DNA of 63,427 bases, counting the filler, from Phoronis australis (lineage: Eukaryota; Animalia; Phoronida): the NCBI GenBank assembly GCA_002633005.1. It is 4 parts of 4 records of this genome, joined end to end, with 100 filler letters (N's around TTAATTAATTAA, not from the genome) between each part and the next. Parts side by side here need not be neighbours in the genome. Positions count along the whole stretch, not along the records: positions 1 to 13,157 come from NMRA01001236.1; positions 13,258 to 36,797 come from NMRA01001132.1; 2 more parts are not named here. One strand, written 5' to 3'. This document shows positions 11,806 through 22,500 of the stretch, in pieces. Each line of letters starts with the position of its first letter. Position 1 is the stretch's first letter. The notes beneath the pieces were generated by a model. The model was not told the DNA's origin. It saw only the letters and a program-made list of their open reading frames with translations, and did not search any database. The position numbers and the translations under genes were made by a program.

Positions 11806-13157
11806 ATTCATCTTAATCTTGGGACACCATGGAGTTCAGGGTGATTTACCTCAGACGGTACAGGGGGCGAATTAACACAAGTATACGCAGACCAGTGGAT
11901 GAGCAGGCAAAATTGGGTCGCCGCAAGTTCAGTCTTTCTTAGGTCTTAAGAATTCATGAGATTACGTTGTCGTGTATTTTAATTGAAAATGTGTGATTTT
12001 GGCTAGATTTTTCTAGTTGCAATACAGCTACTGAACTCTACCCTAGCGTGCGTCCACGAGTGCAAGGGTGAGAATCTCACGAGTACGCAAGACTGAAGAC
12101 TTTGAGTGGTATGGTCAGGTATTGCAAGCGAAGCACACGATCACACTAGCTTCCGTAGCGAGATTCTTGCATCTGTGATGCATATCAGAGAGCAACAGGG
12201 AATTTGTAAGGGTAGAGAAGTGTGGTTACGTGGATGTACATTAGTTTTTGACTATGTTATAGTACAGAGCAAAGTATTTTGTGGGCGAATGGGCACTTAA
12301 ACAACATAAGCCAAGGATGCAACGTCTCTGTAACAACTGCGTGTGCGCCGCTCGCCATTTGTGCTGGGCTTTGTACTGCTAAACACGCAACGGCGTTCTT
12401 AGGTGAATGAGCACTACCAAGAAGACGTTAGCAGCTGCACTGAAAAATGAAAGACATTTGAACTGCATACAGACTTTTAATGAAAAAATTACGTTTCCAC
12501 CCAAAAATTATGTTGTCAGAAGCACTGTGGAATGTTGTATGAAATCAGTGTTGACTCATTCCATGCTAACTGTCCAATTCAAAATTATTAAGCAAGCCCA
12601 GAATGGCTGCACGAAGATTTCAATCATTCGCCGCTGTGTAGGTAAGTGGCAGCAAAACGTATTGTCCGACGATAGTTAATCGACTGAAGAGGAAGAAGCA
12701 TAAAATCTCCCGTGCACGACGCAGCCTCGGTTGGGCTCATGCAGTGTGCGACTTAATTATGTTTGCTTTGTAACTAGCTTTACTTTGACTCCGTCTCATT
12801 CGGCTGCTGCTGTTCACTCATTCTACACTACTTTGAACGCGTTATCCGACGGACAGACTTGGCTGTATTGTGCATGGGGGGCCTAGACAAAACATTTTTC
12901 TCATCGCGTCATGGTTAAAATCCGGACACGGTCGTCGGGAGTTTTTAGCCACTGACAAGGGCATTTGCAAAGGCCACGACGTTTTAAAATTTTCGTAAAC
13001 ATGCAAGTTGAGGTCAGGCGTGCAAGTTCAGTGTCACAGTCGGAAGTTGTGAAACAGCACGGTCTAATTAAACCAAAGCACATGTCACGTTACGATGAAA
13101 AATTGCAGCCTTCGGTATATTTCCCACTGTATTTTCATCAGAAATTTTCGTCATGTG

Positions 13158-13257
13158 NNNNNNNNNNNNNNNNNNNNNNNNNNNNNNNNNNNNNNNNNNN
13201 NTTAATTAATTAANNNNNNNNNNNNNNNNNNNNNNNNNNNNNNNNNNNNNNNNNNNN
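13158..13257. other. Artificial scaffold spacer (N44-TTAATTAATTAA-N44)
   Basis: The identical 100-bp construct occurs three times in the window. Confidence 0.95.
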
Positions 13258-14506
13258 CATCTCCATTATAGCGCACTATCAGAAGTTTCTGTTGAGTCAT
13301 CATCAGGCATTGGAAGAAAGCACCTACAAGGGCAAATAAAACGCCCTTTCTTGGTTGATAAACAATAGACAACATTTCAGTAGAATAGCACGTCGCGTAG
13401 TCACAATACTTCCATCAGATAGTCTACGGCCACGTTGACCCACACATTTAAAGCTCTGCTTTGCCCGTATGGTAAACATGGCTTTGCGTTCATTAATAAT
13501 TACGAGGGCTCTGAATATTGAACAAAACTAGTATACAAATTACAGAGACTAATGACTGCCGTGTCATGAAGACCCCTATTAGTTTAGTGCATATACGTCA
13601 TAGCACTTCACTGTTCTGCCTGGAAATCCACACGCCACAGAATTCCCTTCTCACTTTCTCACACTTCATCGGTTTTTAAGCATTGTTTTAGTAGAGTTGT
13701 AATACTCGTCATCACATAAACTTTTCTCTGTCACTAACCTGAATCGGAAAACCTTATTTTATAATTACACTGGATTTCCCATTCAGGTTCTCAACTGTTT
13801 GAAAACCATGTCCTGTCCTGAGTAATTTCCACTCAATCTAGGGCTAGGCATCAGTTTCCGGTAGATTATCTCACTATGTTAAGACCAAACATATTCCAAG
13901 AGTACCCTACATGTATTTTGTACTCGGTAATTGACACGATTTTTGATTGAAGTTAACATCATTGACGATTCGATGACTTCGATATATTTTGTTTAATTTC
14001 CTCACTAAATCATCCTGAAGTCTCAAACAAGTTCCGTTTTTTTCCGAAATGGAATATTCATCGGTGTTAAAGAGTGACCGTCAAAAATATGGTTGACCTG
14101 TAACCTGACGTACTCAGCATATCCGGAGGTGAAAAGCACCGTATTGATAAACTGAATCTATTTTGAAATGTGAACACAATTTTTGACGGACTCTTTTACT
14201 AGAGATATTTTGCTTATTTTTCCCTAAATAGAGAGAGAACTAGCGAGTGTGTTCACAGGTTCGCGGAAATATTGTGATGCGCGTCGTTGGGGCATAAAAA
14301 ATTAACCCGACCTATAACTGGGGCCTGTGCTATAGACTAAGTTCTAAACTCTCACTCAAGTCTCAAAGGACGTCAACATTCAATCGCTTTAGAATAAATG
14401 ATTTTGTTCCATCCGAGGGCATGCAGACCAGAAGACGTCCAGTCCAACGTTAACTAAAACGGGTACTGTTGACTAGTTGGGAGTTGTTTGACACTGATGA
14501 CGGTCG

Positions 14507-15066
14507 GGTAAGCACAGATCATAGTAGTGAATCTCCAGGTAACCACACGTCATAGTAGTGAATCCCCAGGTAAGCAGCGTCATAGTACTGAATCCCCAGG
14601 TAACCACCTGTCATAGTAGTGAATCCTCCGGTAAGCACACGTCATAGTAGTGAATCCCCAGGTAACCACCTGTCATAGTAGTGAATCCTCAGGTAAGCAC
14701 ACATCATAGTAGCGAATCCTCAGGTAAGCACACGTCATAGTAGTGAATCCCCAGGTAACCACACGTCATAGCATTGAATCCTCAGGTAAGCACACGCCAT
14801 AGTAGTGAATCCCCAGGTAAGCACACGTCATAGTAGTGAATCCCCTGGTAACTACACGTCATAGTAGTGAATAACTAGGTAACCACACGGCATAGTAGTG
14901 AATCCCCAGGTAACCACACGTCATAGTAGTGAATCTCCAGTAAGCACACGTCATAGTAGTGAATCTCTAGGTAACCACGCGTCATAACAATGAATCCCCA
15001 GGTAAGCACACGTCATGGTTGTGAATTCCCAGGTAACCACGCGTCATAACAGTGAATCCCCAGGTT
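14507..15066 (+). repeat. 31-bp minisatellite, ~18 copies (TCATAGTAGTGAATCCCCAGGTAASCACACG)
   Basis: Direct head-to-tail units with point variants and no spacers. Confidence 0.95.
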
Positions 15067-15615
15067 AATGTCCGTGTTCCAAAGGCAGGTAATCTTGCAA
15101 GGTAACCCTCTGAATTATCAACATTTTAATCGCCAAAGTTTTTGGATCAACCAGACCCTAGATTGACTGTCGCTTCGCTCAGCTACCACGTGAGGCATCT
15201 TTAGACTAATGTAGATAATGTTCGCAATAGACTATAATTATTTAAGCGATAAGTAGGGAGATTTTGGATATTTTTAGTTCTTTAAGTCGTCATTGGGAAT
15301 TCAAGGGCGGAGACGGAGTGGGAGTTCGTTTGGTAACTAGACAAAAGCCGGTGGAAAACAGTTGGTTCTGGCAAAAATGGAACCAAAAACTTTTAGATCG
15401 AAAATTGTTCACAGTAATCCTGGAATATTGCTTTAACACCGATGAACTTCTCGCGTTTTTTTTTTTCGTTTTTTCTAAGAAAAATCTTTAGAAGATTCAC
15501 GATCAGTTGGCGAAAATCTACCGATCCAAAATAGCAACCAAACTTTTATTATGAATGAACTCTTTGAAGTAAACGTAGGTCACAAATATATTAATTTTGG
15601 GGGAATTGGGCCACG

Positions 15616-15943
15616 TAATTCTAAACTATACATTTAAGTTTTGGATCTTTGAATAGCACCATTCGTTATCAAGATGGTGAGTAATATCCAAAAAGTGCAC
15701 GAAATTCCCAATGCATAAGTAATGAGACAATTACATAGTGCGAACTTGGCCGTTTTCTTGAAGTCTTATAATCACCTCTGCAGGATTCATCCAAGTTGCT
15801 TCAGCATTCGCCACCAGGGGACTCACCATGTATTGTTACTTGAACGAATTACATTAATTTCGCGCGCTTTCAGCATATTAGCCACCACCTTGATAACGAA
15901 TGGTGCTATTCGAAGATCCAGAAATTAAATGTGTTTAGAGTTA
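15616..15943. mobile_element. MITE-like inverted-repeat element
   Basis: Imperfect arms of ~85 bp, including GAATAGCACCATTCGTTATCAAG / CTTGATAACGAATGGTGCTATTC. Confidence 0.65.
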
Positions 15944-16254
15944 TGTGTTCTTTTATAGGTGTTGGTAGCGATGATTAGTGATCTGCTGTATACTCTGAAT
16001 ATCGGTCATTCTACAGAGATAAATTCAAAAGAGTTTGTAATGAAAACAGGCAAATGTTCAATGAAACATGTCTACCAGAAAGACTGCTACTTGCGTATAC
16101 GCATGCGTATATATGTAAGGAGTGGGAAAGGAGAAGAGTGGTTGTTGAAATAAACTGTATATTGCTGCTGGTTATTTGATGATCCTCGGCTTACCAATTT
16201 ATTAGCTAATGAAGCTGTGGTGTAAACAAACTAACAAAAGACAATTGCAACACC

Positions 16255-16260
16255 TTTATT
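16255..16260 (-). terminator. Polyadenylation signal AATAAA of the PAN-EGF gene
   Basis: About 80 nt downstream of the stop codon at 16339. Confidence 0.5.
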
Positions 16261-16338
16261 TATGTTTCAAAGGATGTAGGCGTTAATAATGTCAACAACT
16301 ATACTTCGTCAAAGACATATGCAGGTCTATTCGCAAGA

Positions 16339-16575
16339 TTACACGCACGCAGCTGAGGAACTCAACGATCCGTCGGTGAACTCCAGATTCGGGCATACTT
16401 CGCCGCTTCCGTCCACAACGTTGACGAGGTCCATTTGGGAATTTCCTGAACCAAAATACGTAATTTCGATGTTTTGGCCCACGAGATCGGCACCTATTGT
16501 GTTGATAGTATTCACGCACTCTTGACCGTCCTTGTAAACCTGCTCAATCGTCGCAGTAACGCCCACAGGTGTCGT
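16339..16575 (-). CDS. PAN-EGF gene last exon (TTPVGVTATIEQ...SSSAACV*)
   Basis: ttttcag acceptor, phase 0, stop codon at 16339-16341. Confidence 0.8.
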   Translation of the reverse strand, partial: TTPVGVTATIEQVYKDGQECVNTINTIGADLVGQNIEITYFGSGNSQMDLVNVVDGSGEVCPNLEFTDGSLSSSAACV

Positions 16576-19500
16576 CTGAAAATGTTTTGATCAGTGTTTA
16601 GTAAACATGATTAAGTATTTTCTGAGTCTTCGAAAACTAAACGCTTGAATCCCTACTTTAAAATGTTACCTTGCGCCAAGAGATTTGAATCTAACTGAAA
16701 TAAGAGCACTTACGAAATCACACACAGAATCGACGAAAAGCAGCGATCCATATCCCCGCTGGTTATTGTACATGACCTGTCTCTGGTTTCTCAAAATACA
16801 ACTTTTGCAGTTCTCAAGTCAACCCTGTACTACAGAGTCTAGATATATGATGAGCATAGTGCCAAATGTTGATGTTTAGCGATTTATTCAGTCCACCAGA
16901 TCGATTTTAGGTCTAACTTCACTACAGTAAGTAGGGCAACAGTTCATTGTATACACACCACGCGCCGGGGAGAATGGCATTAAGAAACCAAACACGAAAT
17001 GGACAATAGAAATCGAGTCGGTGATTAAAGCGAACCGTGGGCACGAGATTGAAATCGCAAAATGTCACATTACCGACCAAATTAATGAATTAGACGACGA
17101 TTCATCTTTTTTAACAACTTGCCGTGTTAGTGAACAATAAGTCACAGAGGCGGTTCAGCGACTCGAACTCGGTGCATTCGGTCTCAATTCGGACATATCC
17201 ATGCAGACACACAATTCCCTCCGGATAAAAACTGTCTTCCTTTTCCGCAGCGTCTTTCTATGCTATATACACGTCATTGACTCAATATTACGGCTAGTCG
17301 GTGAATGAAAAGACTGAGGGTATACACGTATGCTCTCCTTTGTCATATGATTTTGTTGTTGTTTTTGGTTTCTTTACTTTGGATGTTTTCACTCAATGTT
17401 ATGTTTCACTTAAGTAAGTCATTGTTATATAGTTAAAAGCCTGGATATAATGGCTCGCTTTCTGGGCTAAACATTTGTATTTTAATGTATATATTTTTAT
17501 TTGTGTAGCAATAAAAAGGGTACATACTGAACTGCTCTTTGCCGGGTGCGGGAGATACGATTTGAGTGACAGTCTTGTAACCTGTGACCTCAGATAAGTA
17601 GTAAACAAATTTCCACGCTGTTGAACGTGGTTGTTCTTAGTATTTTTTTCTCGTTACATAATATATATTTCGCATCTGAAGTTCCCAGAGAAGGAAGATA
17701 AGGTATTTTGCTAGACATATGAAAAATATTGTAAATACGACCAGCTTTTCTGAACAATGTTTGAGATGTCGTTAACTGTAATTCTATCTTAAACTTTGAT
17801 TCTGGCATAATAGTTTTAAAAACTAATAGGAAATTGATAGAAAGAGTTAAAGATGAATTTTGAAGCTCTGTTGTTGCAGCGCCTGGGTGATAGAAATGAT
17901 GGGCTCATCTATCTATCGTGTATGGCATCCCCGCATTTAATTTATAGAAAACGTTGGTCCTGGCATCCCCGCATTTAATTTATAGAAAACGTTGGTCCTG
18001 GCATCCCCGCATTTAATTTATAGAAAACGTTGGTCCTGGCATCCCCGCATTTAATTTATAGAAAACGTTGGTCCTGGCATCCCCGCATTTAATTTATAGA
18101 AAACGTTGGTCCTTGCATAGGTGACGTTAAATCGGACGTCAGGTTAATTTCATGTAAAAAAATTAAAAATAGGCAGCCAGCATTTTAAACTTACTTCCTG
18201 GAACGTAAGCTTGATATCAAACTTCTCTTCAACACATGCCGGAATTGCATTTGGCAAGAAAGTCTGCAGAGTCCCTTCATACTGCTCCTTCAGTTGGCTT
18301 TCGTAGGAATCCTTGCATTCATTCAGACGTGCTATAGTTAACGACGTACCACTGCCGTACCCGGCGTCTATCGTCAGCGAGCAGACAGGCTCTACGTTAA
18401 CTAGAAATGTAAAACAGTCCCGTAAAAAGAAAAGACTTGTCAATCATGACAAGACACAGTTAATAGAATCTGCGTAACGTAACCTGGTAGGTTAGTAATA
18501 CCATTTTGTGAAAATACAAAGCATTCGAAAATGAAGTTCAGGTTAAGTTATTAACAATGGAGAAAATGGGTCAAAATAAACTTTTAAAGAAATCACACTG
18601 GTATGAAAACGCAAAATATTACAACAAACAGAAAAAGGCATGTGTTCACCATTGGTTTACGTTCATATTGTACAGGCTGTAGGAGTTATTCAACTCGTAT
18701 CATATGTTCACCATTAGTTTACGTTCATATTGTANACTACACCTCTGGCCGTGACTACAGCTCTGGCCGTGACTACACTTCTGGCCGTGACTACAGCTCT
18801 GGCCATGACTACAGCTCTGGCCATGACTACAGCTCTGGCCATGACTACAGCTCTGGCCATGAATACAGCTCTGGCCATGACTACAGCTCTGGTCATGACT
18901 ACAGTTCTGGCCATGACTTCCGTCACACATTGATTTTCACGAACCTTTTCCCAATTTCCCTTTTCCCTCTCACTTGGTGACAATATAAACGCCTACTATT
19001 TGGTGTCTCACATGATTCTGTCTGTCACCAAGCCTAGCGTGATGTAAAACCTTGTTTGATGTTCATTCAACACTTGTTTCTCAAATGCGACAAAAGGGTC
19101 TCCATGCCAGTCAGTCAGTATATTACCCTGTTGGCACATCGGAACTAGTCAAGTTGTTATCCCAGTCAGTCAGTACAATATCCTGTTAGTACAAGAGAAT
19201 TAGTCATTTTAATGTCAGTCAGTCAGTACATTACCCTGTTGGCATTCGTCATTTGCATCCTTCTCGTATCCTTCAACACATTTGCACTCGAAAGTTGAAC
19301 CGTTGCTGACGCACTCAGAGTTGGCTTTGCTAGCGCACGGTGCACTGTCACAAGGGTCCACTGAAACACAGGTTGTCAAATAGTTATTAGACAGTGTGAA
19401 ATTTCAATATATACATTTGCAATGTAGTAAAATCATGGGCGGCGCACCATAGGGGGCTGAGGGGCCCCACCTCTTTTTTCAGTGCAACACCGCACATAGT

Positions 19501-22500
19501 CATTAGGTGGTGCCCCACAGGGGGGCTGAGGGGCTTTAGCCCCCCTCCCCAGTTTTTTCAGTGCTGCGCGCCGCCCATGAAAATGTTGTAACTGATCATT
19601 GACAATAGAAATCGGAAATTGTAAGATTTACCATCCTTCGTGCATGAGAACAACTGCGGACTAATATTTAGACTACTCGTAGTCAGTCCAGTTTTCGAAA
19701 AATGTTCGTTAGTCATTTCTTTAATCAAATTGACAAATGAACGTTTGTTGAATTTAAATCAATACCCTGACAGAGATCTCAGCGTTCATTTACTTGAGCT
19801 AAGTCTTTCAGTCTCAGCTGATGTCTCCATCAATTGGCTCAGGGACTACTTTTCTGAGAGGAGGGGGTAAGCTGTTCGTAAAGGCCAATCTTGTATATTG
19901 TGTTGTATGGTATTGAACTACTTGCATTATTCGCACAATTTAATGCTTTGTCACGGTTTACTTATGAGCTTAAATTTGTTCTGCATGAAATTACCCTTTT
20001 GTTACGGTAGGAAGAAAAGTCAGTTTACCTGTCTAACCATTACTCCCACCACTCAGTGACATGTACTGACCTTACTTGATCTTTCCTGTTGGCTGTATAG
20101 ACTTCTAATATCTGGTGTCTCAGTATGACTTTGTCTTCCGGTATTGACGATGATTTAAGGTCTAATCGAAATTTTGGTTGTACAAAGTAACTGAGCTTGA
20201 GTAGTAAGTTTTCTGAGACGAAAAACACGACATTTTTCATTATTGGCGGTCTTTATTTCGTTTCTCTCATTCTTCCGAAATTCTGATCAACATCCCAAAG
20301 ACCAATGGTCCAGCATTTGACCAAGAGACATCAGTAAAATCACTCACGATATTTCGAAACACCCCTGATTCGTTCTCAAATGAACATAAAATGAGACAGA
20401 ATTACCATCACAAGCAACAGCTGGCAAAGATCGCCACGAGACATTAGGCAAAGTACGACTAACATGAAAGGAAAGTCATGCAAACCAGCGTGACGTGAGG
20501 CAAAGCCCTGTTTTTGTTCTTTCTAAAGTGGCTTTTCAAATGCAGTTAATAAGGACTTCAATGTTTCAGTTGCTGCACTGTGTGTGCAACGTACCGAACA
20601 TATTTTCTATCCATGCTTTAGCAAAAAGGGCTGGCGGATGATCTCATTCTGTACTATTACCCTTTGGCCCTCTGTTGACGGTAGGGAGAACTAGTTTTCT
20701 TTTGATGCCAGTCAGTCAGTGTATTACCCTGTTGGCACATCGGATCTAGTCAAGTTTTTATCCCAGTCATTCAGTACAATATCCTGTTAGTACAAGAGAA
20801 CTAGTCATTTTGATGCCAGTCAGTCAGTACATTACCCTGTTGGCATTCGTCATTTGCATCCTTCTCATATCCTTCGACACATTTGCACTCGAATGTTGAT
20901 CCACTGCTGACGCACTCGGAGTTGGCTTTGCTAGCGCACGGTGCACTGTCACAAGGGTCCACTGAAACACATGTCGTCAAACAATTGTTAGGCATGACAG
21001 AATTTCAGTAAATACATTTGAAAAGTAATGCAAAGCTGTAACTGGTCATCGGCTATAAAAACAGAAATAGTATTGGAAAATTTTACAGCTTTCGTATACG
21101 AGAACAACTAAGAACAAACATTGAACCTAATCGCAGTCATTAATGCATTTGACACAAAGTTTGCCACTCATTCAGTGAATCAATGAAACAAAATATACAA
21201 CATTGCCATGATAAGGCTCACAGAGTACATGATGTTGCTCGTAGTTTCCGTTATGTTGTTCATAGTGTACATTGACTTAAGAAAGGGTTTTGATGGCGTC
21301 GATATCGAAATTCTTATGTTTCAGCTGATTCCTCCGTAAAATAGTTCGGGGACTAGATTTCTGAGAGGAGTACGTTGTTCATAAAAACGATTTATATTGT
21401 ATCGTATGGTTTGGTTTAGTATCCCATGGAATTGCACTCCGTTGGTTTTTATTGTATCGTATGGTTTAGTATTGCATTCTATTGCATTGCATTGGTTTAC
21501 ATTGTTTCGTGTGGTTTATTATTGCATGGTTTTGTACTGCATTGGTTTAACATCTGAAGCTGCAAGATAGTGCTTAAAAAAAATTTGCGCAATTTTTGAG
21601 AAAGTGTTAACGTACAATTGCATTATTCAGACAATTTTAGAAAATTTATGATTTATTACGATTTATTTACTAGGTAATATTTATGCTGCAAAAAATTTGA
21701 AAATACATTTATGTTACCTAGCTGGCACGTGCCGTCTTCTTTCTTCTCGTACCCTTCGCTGCACCTACATTCGTACGTTGATGTGTCTGCGTTGACGTAA
21801 CACTCTGTGTTCTCTTGACTGGCGCACGGATTGTTGTCACATGGTTTGACTGCGAGAAATGTAGAGATTGAGATTTGACACAATGGATATCTCCGACAAA
21901 CGAAAACAAGCCGCTCCTACCACATTTACTGATGATTTTTCACTGAAACTGTTAACGACAAAGAAGCAGACGATCACAGCGGCATATGTCTTTGAGCGTA
22001 TCCATAGATTACATGTCTTTGAGCCAATCCATAGATTAACAAAAACTAATGTCAGATGAGCGTCATTCAGATGTCAGATCGATTCAAATAGGTAGGTATT
22101 GCTGTTGTTTTGGACTGCATTTTCAGCCGAGTTAGGTGTCACGATTGCACTGGTACGTTGTCACCCATATCTGTTCCACATAAATGATTTTTACCCTGAT
22201 TTAAAATAATACTTATATCCCGCAAGCACTTTGTGGTTCTTCATAAATTGACTCTCTGCACTGTATTGAGTACTGTCGTTCAGTTTACATCTACCGCCCT
22301 CTGATTGATTGGAATTAGCTTGAAATAAGGTGTAAGGGTGTTGTCGCCGGAGCCCATCTCAACATAATGGTAAACTAACCCTATCCACTTTGCTCTCAGT
22401 TAATACGTTCATAAGACGAATTTCGTCTAAATCTATCCCCAAATGATTCTTTTGCAACATAATATCAAGTTTTGATAAAACAATGGCTGCCACAGGTGAA

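Noticed and set aside
13202-13213. TTAATTAATTAA as a biological palindrome or Kolobok target
   Set aside because: It is centred in N runs and identical three times, so it is an assembly linker.
13258-13324. Extra terminal exon on minus (CFLPMPDDDSTETSDSAL*)
   Set aside because: An acceptor is present, but the PAN-EGF gene already has a stop and polyA signal, and the segment is too short to support.
14507-15066. CRISPR array (31-bp repeats)
   Set aside because: Units are contiguous with no unique spacers, there are no cas genes, and the context is eukaryotic.
17150-17195. tRNA gene or SINE (B-box-like GTTCGAGTC on minus; similar motifs at ~28690 and ~56960)
   Set aside because: No cloverleaf and no convincing A-box could be built; at best these are decayed SINE traces.
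17923-18112. CRISPR array (38-bp identical repeats)
   Set aside because: No spacers; it is a simple tandem repeat in an intron.
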